From contig JBHGNT010000021.1 in NCBI GenBank assembly GCA_043228905.1, positions 7,564,001 through 7,628,000 on the forward strand: DNA of 64,000 bases. The letters run 5' to 3'. The notes below the pieces were generated by a model that had not been told where the DNA came from, ran no database searches, and worked only from the letters and a program-made list of their open reading frames with translations. This document shows, piece by piece, positions 22,805 through 33,271 of this stretch (position 1 is its first letter; each line of letters starts with the position of its first letter). Source of the DNA: Azolla caroliniana (Eukaryota; Plantae; Polypodiophyta). The translations under genes and the position numbers were made by a program.

Positions 22805-25800
22805 GTGATGCGAAAGATATATGTATTATATGACGGAAGATATACAACAGTAGTTAGAAGGCTTAAGACTGGCGTTGAACCGATTTGGTTCGAACTAATG
22901 CCTTGCGCCTCCTTTTATAGTGTCTTCAGGAATACTCCTGAAGTTTCTAGAATGTTCCAGAGAAATCTGGAATATACATCAATTTCCCAATAAAACCTAA
23001 ATGAAAATAATATCCTTCAAATTACAATTCATACCCTAATGGTAAAGTCTCGACCCGTGTAACAAAAGGTTATGGGTTCGAGTCTAGTTATGACAATAGC
23101 TAATTAGCTGCTAGTAGCTAATTAGCTACTTTACACAACTATGGCAGTAGCTAATTAGTTACTAGGATAGCTAATTAGTTGCCAGTGGCTAATTAGCTAG
23201 TAGGATAGCTAATTAGCTTTTTTACACAACTATGGTACTAGCTAATTAGCTAGTACCATAGCTACTAGGATAGCTAATTAGCTAGTAGGATAGCTTATTA
23301 GCTACTTTACACAACTATGGTAGTAGCTAGGATAGCTAATTAGCTACTATGGTAACTAATTAGCTACTTTACTCAACTATGGTAGTAGCTAGGATAGCTA
23401 ATTAGCTACTTTACGCAACTATGGTAGTAGCTAGGATAGCTAATTAGCTACTTTACTAACTATGGTAGTAGCTAGGATAGCTAATTAGCTACTTTACTAA
23501 CTATGGTGGTAGCTAGGATAGCTAATTAGCTACTTTCTCAACTATGTAGTAGCTAGGATAGCTTATTAGCTACTAGGACAACTAATTAGCTGCCAGTAGC
23601 TAATTAGCTACTAGGATAGCTAATTAGCTGCCAGTAGCTAATTAGCTACTAGGATAGCTTATTAGCTACTTTACACAACTATGTCAGTAGCTAATTAGCT
23701 AGTAGGATAGCTAATTAGTTGCCAGTAGCTAATTAGCTACTAGGATAGCTAATTCGCTAGTAGGATAGCTAATTAGTTGCGAGTAGCTAATTAGCTAGTA
23801 GGATAGCTAATTAGCTTTTTTACACAACTATGGTACTAGCTAATTAGCTAGTACCATAGCTAATTAGCTACTAGGATAGCTTATTAGCTACTTTACACAA
23901 CTATGGCAGTAGCTAATTAGTTACTAGGATAACTAATTAGTTGCCAGTGGCTAATTAGCTAGTAGGATAGCTATTTAGCTTTTTTACAGAACTATGGTAC
24001 TAGCTAATTAGCTAGTACCATAGCTAATTAGCTACTAGGATAGCTAATTAGCTAGTAGCTCATTAGCTGCCAGTAGCTAATTAGCTAGTAGGATAGCTAA
24101 TTAGAAAAGACTAAGCTTATTAGCTACAGTATGGTATACCTGTTAGTTTTCTCCACTCATTTGGTAGAGTTGTACTGCAATCTCCCAAACAGAATGCAGC
24201 AATTCGACAGGCATGTTGAAAACAAAGCAGATGGTATGTGTGGTTGCATGGTTGTAGGTGAACCAACAAAGACGCAGTTTTGTCCTCCACACCTAACCCG
24301 CAAGCGATGCAACGTGCTTGAACTGTCAATAAATCATTTTCTGGTTCTACTTCATTTGGTAAGGGAGCAAGAATGTCCAGGTCCAAATCCTGTCTGGTCC
24401 TTACCATTCCCTCCACAAAATGTAGCTTCTTCTTAAGGCAGCTAACTACCTGTTCTTGATGAATGTATTGTTCCTTCAACGCAACAGAGAAATTTACCGA
24501 TTAATTATTCTTGTTGTTGAAAGATACACCAACTTTGCTCAGGAATCGTTAACTTACTTGAAGCTTATCCAAATTGTAATCTGCAACAGTATTTACACCT
24601 AGAAGGTCCAGGTTCATTGAAAGAACCTGGATCTCTATTTGCAGTTCTATTTTACGCTGGGGATCCAGTGGCCCCTCTAATTCAAGCTCCTGTTGCGCAA
24701 CCTATTCCAGATAATGCTTGATTAGCACATTTTACTCGTTATTTATAACACAATCACATACCAGCAAAACAATAGTTACCTGAATCTTATTTCTAATTGT
24801 TGTAATAGCAGAAGGAACTTTGCTCTCCATTGCAGAAGCCATTGTGGCTTTCTCTAAATCAGTCTTAAAAAATGTCAATGTCTCACAGGCTTCATGGACA
24901 TTTTTTAGCATATAGCTAACCAATGTCTCACCTGTATCATCGACATTGGCTTTCCTTGGGTGTCGGTGTGGTGTATGCCCCCGGTCTTGCTGGGAGTCGG
25001 CAGTTGCATCAACAGCTGCCATGCTCCAAAATCTGTCTATTTTTTGTGCCAAGGTCCCCATCTTTCGGCATCTTTTTACCGATGCCTCACCATAGACTCC
25101 CCAAGCTACCCTATACATTTCAGGGTCTCTAGATTCCTTCGTTGTTTTGCAGTACTCATATGCAAATGCTCTAGCAAATGAAACTGACAACTCATTGTTG
25201 ACTGGGATCTCCTGATGAACTTTCTGGTGCAGTCTCATGCAGTCATCGTACAAGTCGGCTCGTACATGCTTCAGCTTGACCTTGCCTTTGACTCTAGGCA
25301 CTGTATATACTGTCATCCAGTCTATATCACTGATCAATTTATCACTTAGGACAGCAGGGTCAACACCCTCGAGTGACAGACCATAGGTGTTGTGGAAGTC
25401 CTCCTTTGTCTCGCAAAATTTTGCGAAGTTTAGCACTCTCGTATACGGAAGAACGAGCCATCTGAAATATCATTTCAGAAATCAGAAATAGTGCAAAATC
25501 AGAATATGTGAGAATCAAAAACCCCAATCAACAACAACAAATATGGTGCAAAATCTTTAACTTAGCAAATCAGAAACCCTAATCATAATTTGTATTCAGA
25601 AATTTGAAATCAGAAACCCTAATCAAAATCTGTAATCAGAAGTTTGAAATCAGAAACCCTAATCAAAATCTGTAATCAGAAGTTTGTAACCAGAAACCTT
25701 ATTCAGAAATTCTAATCAGAAATTTATAATCAAAAACCCTAATCAGAAATTTCAATCAGAAACCCTAATCAAAAATTTCAATCACAAACCCTAATCAAAA

Positions 25801-26343
25801 ATCCTAAGCAGAAATTTATAAACAAAAACCCTATTCAGAAATTCTAATTTGTAATCAAAATTTGTAACCAGAAACCCTATTCAGAAATTCTAATCAGAAA
25901 TTTATAATCAAAAACCCTAATCAGAAATTTCAATCACAAACCCTAATCAGAAATTTCAATCACAAACCCTAATCAAAAATTCTAATAAGAAATTTATAAA
26001 CAAAAACCCTAATCAGAAATTTCAATCAGAAACCCCAATCATCACTAAAGACAGGATTAAACACAAAAAAAGTAATATAAACACACCTGTTGCTACTCCC
26101 CGATTTGCGAGACATCCTTGTATGGGACTCCAAGGACTTCGCCCTATTCGATTTTGGGGAAATATGAATCGGCACCAAAGTTCAGACAGTAGTCAAAAAG
26201 AAAAAACAAATGTTTGGGGTTTCTGTAACTGAAACATACCTGGACGATGATCGAGCGGGTTCTGTGTTGTAGCTCTCAATCTGCAATGTCGATTTTTTGC
26301 TGTTGCGGGAGCTACGTCTGCGTTCGTGCTCTGAGTACTCCAT
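16038..26343 (-). CDS. Transposon-borne multi-exon accessory gene: unknown N-terminal domain, coiled coil, RING-like finger, acidic tail with a basic NLS-like end
   Basis: Proposed exons 26343-26240, 25461-24780, 24701-24558, ~24473-24140 and 16573-16038 splice in frame at GT-AG sites. RING-like motif CIACG...QPCNHTYHLLCFQHAC...C. Confidence 0.6.
16595..17312. repeat. TAGCTAATTAGCTA array, left part (intron of the RING-like gene)
   Basis: Same palindrome, with longer higher-order spacers such as CTTTACTCAACTATGGTAGTAGCTAGGA. Confidence 0.95.
17313..17795 (-). repeat. 3' LTR of the chromovirus
   Basis: 483 bp, repeat of 22631-23095, adjacent to the PPT. Confidence 0.95.
17788..21384 (-). CDS. 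Pol (protease-RT-RNase H-integrase-chromodomain), interrupted by a TAA at 19447-19449
   Basis: Motifs LLDSGA, YLDD, EADASD, the integrase HHCC zinc finger, SDRGPQF, GQAER and chromodomain YEVAAILDS...YLVDWLGY...TWEP. The stop falls in YRPGKH*GKADAL. Confidence 0.92.
21372..22541 (-). CDS. Gag of the chromovirus
   Basis: 389 aa with PTKFDG, LRQG, PMEID and the knuckle CLYCGGPGHIAINC. Confidence 0.93.
   Translation of the reverse strand: MATVSAEEYQSVFSEFQCLKEKFHALEQENQRLLGDLQQISLEKQQTQQQHGELALRVQQLEATIVAMQQQGHGAQGIHKEPKIGLPTKFDGTRSQFRGFLNQVRLVIQMHPSRYPTDASRVGLVGTLLNGSALAWFAPLLEKESPVLNNFEEFISEFKACFGDTDSIRTAINKIRRLRQGDRPASAYAADFRLLAADIPWDDQALMEQFRYGLRNDVKDLLLTFPEEPKSLTEAISRAVRCDNRLFERRSERQFQMPRARSEPTYASVVAKPFQRESHNAPPVSTPTPMEIDTTRRRGPLSEEEKQRRRTNRLCLYCGGPGHIAINCPHRPRRQVNQVIVSSDYTKPESISVGISDNPHSHNSPNSTNSLNLANKFDVLSQLEEELND
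22631..23095 (-). repeat. 5' LTR of the chromovirus
   Basis: 465 bp, with minus-strand TATA (CTATAAAAGG) at 22911-22920. Confidence 0.95.
23096..24125. repeat. TAGCTAATTAGCTA array, right part (same intron, split by the chromovirus)
   Basis: Continues the array across the ATAGC TSD. Confidence 0.95.
25570..26040. repeat. AAACCCTAATCAGAAATT-type minisatellite (telo-box-like) in the first intron of the accessory gene
   Basis: Many copies of (C)AGAAACCCTAATC with roughly 26-39 bp spacing. Confidence 0.85.
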
Positions 26344-26569
26344 CTGCGTTCAAAATCAGACTTAGGCTAAACAGGAAATTGATGACATTGAAGTCGACCT
26401 TAGATGATGGTGATATTCCCCAAGTTCCACTACGTCTGAAAGAGAAGTTCAAATATTTGAGTTTTTTCATAAATTAGTTTTTCAAATATTTGATTTTCCC
26501 ACAAAAAAGACTAGCTAAACAAATAGCTAATTAGCTATGGCCATTTTAGTAGCTAATTAGCTATAATAG

Positions 26570-26594
26570 TGTTTCCACTCGCATGCTTTTACCC
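26570..26594 (-). repeat. Right terminal inverted repeat
   Basis: TGTTTCCACTCGCATGCTTTTACCC, followed by TSD AATA. Confidence 0.92.
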
Positions 26595-29326
26595 AATAAC
26601 TTACCAGCCGGCGAACGAGCAACCCTCATCCACTTACTCACCGATTACTAGGATGTATTCGCATGGTCTTAGACGGATATGAAGGGTTTGGACCCACAAT
26701 ACTACCAACACCAGATCCACCTTCTCCCGGACGCTCGGTCAGTTCAGCAAAGACGATACCGGATGAACCCCAATTATGCGGCTAAGGTCAAGGAAGAAAT
26801 AGACAAGCTCCTCTGAGTCGGGTTCATACGACTGGTAAAACGCACCACATGGTTAAGCCCAATCATAGTCGTCCCCACGAAAAACGGGAAAGTCCAAGTC
26901 TGTGTGGACTACCGCAAGCTTAATGTTGCAACGGTCACGGATGGATTCCCTCTCCCGTTCACGGATAGTGTTCTCGACACGGTGGCAGGTCACGAATGCT
27001 ACAACTTTCTAGACGGGTTTAGTGGGTACAACCAAATCAGAATGAACCCGGATGATCAAGAGAAAACAACATTTTTCGCGGAATGGGGTGTTTTCATGGG
27101 AGAAGTCATGATGTTCGGTTTAAAAACAGCGTCGGCTACGTTCCAGCGCATCATCACCGAAATTTTTAACGAGTATTTCCCAACGTTCATGCAAGTCTTT
27201 CTCAACGACTCCGTCGTATATGGACAGCGACTGGAACACATGACTCAGTTACGCCTCTGTCTTGATCGATGTCGCCAAGCTCGGTTAAGTTTAAACCCGG
27301 CAAAGTGTGCATTCTTGGTCACAAGCGGCAACCTACTCGGACACATTGTCAGTCAAGAAGGTATCACCATGAACCCGGATAAAGTACAAGCCATCCTAAA
27401 ATCCCCGGCACCCTCGAACGCAAAAGGCCTCAACCGATTTCTGGGACAAATCAGATGGCACAGCCGGATGTTACGCCACCTGGTCGATTTCGCAACAACA
27501 CTACACGCGGCGGTGCATCGACTCCCCTTTCAATGGACTTCAATTGAGGATGAGGCTTTCCAAGGATTGAAATTAATGCTTTCGCATGCCCCGGTTGTAC
27601 AGCCACCGAGATGGTCGGAACCTTTTCACGTCTTCGTGGACGCATCAGATATTGCCATCGGGAGCGCACTTATGCAATGCACGCCCCCAAATTGGTATCG
27701 GCCAGTGTATTATGCTAGCCGACGTCTCTTGGCCGCGGAAAAGAACTATTCAACCACCGAACAGGAGGCCCTCGGTATGATCTACAACATCAGTAAATTT
27801 CGGCATTACCTCTTAGGTCGAAAATTCACCTTTCACGTCGATCACTCGGCCCTACTCTACCTGGTTAATAAACAAGCCCTGACAAGTCGACTGGCTCGAT
27901 GGATGCTCCTATTACAAGAGTTTGATTTTCATATACAACATCGACCCGGAGTTCAACACGCCATCGCCGATTACCTAAGCCGCCTCGTGTCCGGAGACCC
28001 TATCGAGCCCACGTATGACGATCTACCCGATGCCTGCTTATTTCATCTCGCAACGCTAATCGACGACAAAGAAGATGAATGGATCACGGAGATGACCCAT
28101 TTCCTTAGTATTGGCTTGCCTCCCGACCACATGGCCCTCGATGTACGGAAACGACTCGCAATACGTAGCCGCAACTTTTGTCTAGTTTCCGACATCCTCT
28201 ATCACAAAGGCTCGGACGGAATATGGCGTCGGGCCATTCAACAATTCCAGAAGAAGGCCATCCTCCAAGAGGCCCACCTCGGAATCGTCGGCGGACACTA
28301 CGCCGGAGAGTCCACGGCAAGGAAAGTATGGCAGAGTGGTTTATGGTGGCCTACCACGAAAAAGGATGCCCACGAGATCTGCCGATAGTGCGACTCGTGC
28401 CAATGGTTGGGACACCCGATGGAACAAGCTCGAATGCCACACCAACCCATTCTTCCATTGGAACCATTTCAAAAATGGGGGTTAGATTTTGTGGTACCCT
28501 TCAAACTGGCCGCGGCCTGAACCGGTAATAAGTATATCATCGTCGCCACGGACTACTGCACAAAATGGGCGAGGCAAAGGCTTTATGAGACAACACGGCA
28601 GCATCCATGGCCAAATTCGTGTACGAACATCTTTGGTGCCGTTATGGATGCCCAATTGAGCTCGTTAGTGACCACGGTGGGCACTTTATAAACCATATAA
28701 TACGCGAGCTTACGACTCACTACGCAGTGGTACATAAGAAAAGCACACCATACTACCCGAAGGCAAACGGATTGGCAGAATTGACTAACAAAATTCTCCA
28801 AACAATCCTAAAGAAGATCGTCAACAAGAACCGCACCGATTGGGATGACAAGCTCCAGAGTGCACTATGGGTTTACCGCACGACATTGAAAACGAGCATT
28901 CAATCCACCCCCTTTCGGATGGCTTTTGGTCTAGAAGCCGTTATGCCCATCGAGTTCCAAGTCCTGAGTCCCCGAGTGCAAGTTAAAGCACACCTACCCG
29001 AGGCCCAATCCGAATAATTGAGGCTGGAACAACTCCTCGAACTTGGCGAGGACCGAGTAGCGAGCATGGCCCAACTTGAACAACGCCAGCGCCAACGGAA
29101 AGCCTTTGTGGACCGACATCGGAAAGGATTGGAACAAGAACTGACCATAGGCAAACCGGTCCTTGTTTTCCAGACACGACTCGGTGCTATGCTAGGAAAG
29201 TTACGATTTCGATGGACCGGCCCCTTCTGGATTATTGACGAGTTTAACGGCACATTCCAGCTCGGCACCCTCGCCGGGGAAATAGTCAAAAGCTGGGTGA
29301 ATGGATTCCAACTACAATCGTACTAA
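26595..29326 (+). pseudogene. gypsy pol pseudogene (RT, RNase H, integrase)
   Basis: DYRKLN, LDGFSGYNQI, decayed FLND, VDASD, HVDHSAL, GGHYAG, SDHGGHF and WTGPF, with several stops and frameshifts. Confidence 0.92.
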
Positions 29327-29935
29327 GGAAATACCCCAGCCAACCCTTTCGCCGAGTCTCACGGCACGGACGTGGCCACGAAGGAGGCCACGCATCCCCC
29401 TGGGTAAGGACCCACCAGCATTCCAAAGTAGACATTAGGTAGGATTAGGCATAGTTTTAGCAATTAGTTAGTTCCACCTACACCGCCTACCACCTCACCC
29501 AAATCACGTCAGGTTAGAGGCCCCCATTAGTCACTTTCACATTCACTTAAGTATTTAAATGCACATGCACAGCACCCAAGGCACAACACTAACTCCCTAG
29601 GACACGTGGTCATAATATCCTATTATGGCATCCACGCCCAAGAATCTCCAGGCTCCTCTTCATGCACAAAACCCTAGGCGTTCGCTAAAAAACTGTTACC
29701 TAAGCCCACTCCACACACAGACGTTTTCTTGCACACCCAACATTCATCGCTTCCAACCTCTCAAACTTCCTCTCGCTCTCAGCGCGTTCATCGCTCCCAC
29801 CGCTCTTTCTCACAAGCCCTCTCTTGCCCTCGTAGCCCCGTTGTTGCATCACAACCATCTCCTTCCCTCACTCTGTCTCAGCCTGGTGGAATCCTCCTTC
29901 CCCAATCTTCCACACAGTAGAACCCCGAGTCCAGT

Positions 29936-32871
29936 ATGCCTCTTGCAGCTTCACAGGAAACCCGCTCCTGGCTTCAGGAATGAGGCTTGGGTGGTTATTT
30001 AAAGGTGATCGATACCCCAGCGCACCCTGATGCCCAAGCGGTCGCACGACGTATCCACCCAGACACAGTCACCAACAATATGATTCGTGTTGCCTTGGAC
30101 CTGAAACGAGGAGGTGACCATGAGGTGGAGATTCCCCCTTCCACGACCCTGAAGGAATACTTTGGTGCGTATTCCATATCTAGTAAAGCCTACCGCACCT
30201 ACGGTGGATCCAACAAGGCATTCGGGGAACTCACTCGCATCCTAATGGAGTAAGCATTCGTGCATACCAACCCTACCAGTATGCCACAGAGCAAAGCGAC
30301 GATCATCATCAGTGCTTACGAGGGAAATAAAATCGACTGGGGAATCATCACAGGCGAAGGAATCAGGGCGGCACTCGAATCCTTCCAAACCGGTAAGCGT
30401 CTGTTGCTTGTGATCAACCACTTCCTTACAGTCCTCTACCCACCTCCTTCGGTTTCCCCTCATCGCATCCTGATCTCTCCGCCACCACCATGGAAATAAC
30501 ACAGGCAAATTTTGAAGATAACTCGGGAAGAATGGGAAGGATCCTCGTCTTCTCCACCTCCCCTAGGCGTTCGGCACCCCCCTTCCGCCTTAGCCCCACC
30601 CCCACCAAAAACACAAAGACAGCGGGCGGTGACAGCAACCTGTGTCGAATGGGATGAGGCCGAGGAGGCCATCCCCGAGGAAGTCACCATACGCTAGACA
30701 CCACCAAGGACAGCAATGACCTCTCCTCAACCGAGCCCACGACCCACCAGCCAGCAACCCTCAGCCATCCGGCAGTAGAAGAGGAAACAGGCCGAGGAGC
30801 CAACACCACCGACCCCGGACGCGTAGGACCATCCGCCAAAAAGACGCCATATCATTCGAGAGGCAACATAGAAATCGAAGGCGACCAACGGCAGAAATCA
30901 AAAGAGGCTAGCCCCCCCTCCACGGACATAGTACCAGCGGAGTCATGGCTCCAAGTCGGAACGATTGAGCATGGCCAAACCACGCAGATATAAGAGGAGG
31001 AAGTCCTCGGGTACAAAGATCTCCCTGCGGAGGCATACGAGTTCAGTGCCCTACTTCGACTAGGCACAACTTACGAGTTAATGGATTTCCTCGTGCGCGC
31101 CCAAGTAGCTATCGCCGCTCGTATGGCCGAGGAGCATGCCGAAACAAAGATGATCCAACGCACGCTAATGGGTGAAATCGAACCTCACGAGGATCGAGCC
31201 TTACAAAAGATAGGACAGAAGAAGCAAGTACAGAATGCTTCGCTTCTCATGGAACTACCGGATCTTAACATGGCCTTAGTCGAGGCATATCGCAATCTAC
31301 ACCACACTACTCAGGCAGCGAAGGACATGGCCTGACGTATCAAAACGGCGCATCATCAAGACAAACGGGCTACCAACCTATGGCAAGTTGCCGAGGAGAA
31401 ACTGGCGACACTCACGCAGCAACAACCGCCCTTAATCCTCCCTGCGCCGAGTGAAGTTGTCTCACCAGCCACTCTTCCGAACCCGAGCCTGAGTGCTGAA
31501 GGTACCGTAGCACACAAAGACGACACCGCCCACCCCACGGTAGCCACGGCCGAGGCCAGCACAATGACAGAATCGGTACAGGCAAGTGAGCCATCGTCAC
31601 GGGCAGATATCAGCCCGCACCCCCAAACCAGCCACACCTCGACACAAACGCCACCACCTCCGGAAGTCATGGAATGAGTGACACAAACAGACAAGGAGTC
31701 CTCGGCACAACTTCAGCAAGCGGCAACCCAGACAGGGCCTCCCCTTAGGGACTACCAGGAGGAGCTTCACGCCCAGATCGTGTTGGCTGAAATGGCCGAA
31801 CAACATCACAACAACATTCTTGGCCAGCAACGAGAACAAGTTGCGAGCCGCGAAGCGGACCTCAAGCGTTTGCTTGTTGAAAGGTCGGTTGCGCTTGAAA
31901 CAGGAGAACGAATGGTGATGACCCTCCAAGTCTCGATCACTGAGGCTAAGGAACGTTTCATCAAAGAAACCGAGCGGAATAACCAACGAGAACAAGAGCT
32001 CTTTGCCGACAACCAGGAATTACGTCGTCATCAACGAGCCTTCCAGGACATGGCCAACGAACACATGCAGAAGTGGAGGATCTCGGAGGAGCAACGAGCA
32101 AAAATTTCCGATGCATATCACCAGCTACAATCCAAGCACATCGTCGTCAAAGAACAACACCGGGACACTTGGCAACTGGGATGGGACGAAACTATAGTTC
32201 AGCTCACCAACCGTTATGAGCAGACCATCGCGCTCATCACAGAAAAAGCAAAAGATAATCAAGCTACATTAGCACTCTTCACCCACAAGACCCATGAAGA
32301 AGCCAAGGCCGCAAGGGAGGCACTGGAAGTTCATCGCGTGAGCATCGGCATGGACGATACCAAAATCAAGACCCTAATCCACAAGTATCGCCAACAATTC
32401 ACCACGAAGATCAAGGAAACGCTTGACCCTATTTGGCAGGAGTGGTCAGCCCAATCCGCGGACCTACACATACTACGCGCGAATGCCGAGAACCGACGGA
32501 AGGAGGGCCGAGGGTTGTACAAGATGGATGACACTAGCATCCAGTCCCTCCGTGAGGACTTAACGGAAGAATATCATAGCTTGGCAACATCCCACACCGC
32601 GGCCATCGAGCAACTCTTGGAGGAATTCAACGACGATCTAATGGTGTTTCGTTTAGAGGCCGAAGCGTACGAGGAAGAACGACTCGCTACCGGGAGTCAC
32701 AGAGCTCCCACAAACACCGAGCAAGGAACCGCGTCACTCCCCACAGCAGCTAGACCGGAGGAGTCTGCTCCTACCGACGTTCACATCCCACCGGAACCAC
32801 AGACTATAACCTCAACCCTGCCTGCATCGGTCCCAACAGAGGAGGGCACACACGCCAACACCGCCAATAAC
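29936..32871 (+). pseudogene. Extra 3' ORF of the degenerate gypsy
   Basis: MPLAASQETRSWLQE*GLGGYLK...YFGAYSISSKAYRTYGG aligns with MPIPVSEELRLWLYERNLQGFIK...YFGESSPSAKAYQTYGG of the 8893 element. Confidence 0.8.
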
Positions 32872-33271
32872 CCGGCAAGACACATCCTCGGTATAAAGAT
32901 TAGTCGGCATCGCGATACAGGACAACTTTTCTTGTCTCAAACTGACTACATCGAACATGTCTGGGAACGCTTCAACATGCACTCAGCCAAGTCTGCTTCG
33001 ACCCCGCTCCCCATTAACCTTCGGTTGTCTCAACGAAACTGCCCGACATCCTGTCCGAAGGGGGAAGATATGAAGTCGGTACTGTATGCACCGGCAATCG
33101 GCTCCCTAATGTACGCAATGGTCACAACACGGCCTGATATTTCTCACGCCATAGGAGTCGTCAGCAGATTCATGCACAACCCAAGCCGATCGCACTAGAA
33201 TGCAGTCAAGCATGTGTTCTGATATCTAGCTGGCACAAAAGACCACGACATTCTTTTTGGCCCGAACTCAA

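Larger units (their letters stand above)
17313..23095 (-). mobile_element. Ty3/gypsy chromovirus (Tcn1-like), full length, one nonsense mutation in pol
   Basis: LTRs at 17313-17795 and 22631-23095 (TGTCA...TGACA) appear to differ only in (GA)n length. TSD ATAGC. PPT AAAGGGGGGATAG. Domain order gag, PR, RT (YLDD), RH, INT, chromodomain. Confidence 0.95.
3221..26594 (+). mobile_element. Large cut-and-paste DNA transposon, Sola2-like, carrying accessory genes
   Basis: TIRs GGGTGAAAGCATACGAGTGGAAACA (3221-3245) and the reverse complement at 26570-26594 match at 23/25. TSD AATA at 3217-3220 and 26595-26598. Removing the element restores the host gypsy frame (LQIAN-NLPAGERATL). It encodes a DDD transposase. 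Confidence 0.9.
394..32871 (+). mobile_element. Degenerate non-chromovirus Ty3/gypsy retrotransposon with an extra 3' ORF; 3' LTR deleted; split by the DNA transposon
   Basis: Contains an LTR at 394-887, PBS-like TGGCATGCCC at 893, gag from 1213 and protease motif IIDGGSGVNVI near 2600. The pol frame resumes after 26594 (RT, RNase H, integrase), and an extra ORF runs 29936-32871. Many CAG/CGA-derived stops. Confidence 0.85.

Noticed and set aside
25570-26040. Interstitial telomere
   Set aside because: There are no contiguous (CCCTAAA)n runs; the motif is embedded in longer units.
26087-26145. Extra mini-exon for the accessory gene
   Set aside because: It has plausible AG/GT ends, but its phase is incompatible with the flanking exons.
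29360-29375. CACGGACGTG shared with the pre-LTR region at 14011-14020
   Set aside because: Only 10 bp, in non-equivalent positions, so chance cannot be excluded.
31678-33198. Novel 506-aa coiled-coil/RT fusion gene
   Set aside because: Explained by a deletion joining two decayed retroelements. The upstream frame has stops and the RT part lacks YVDD.
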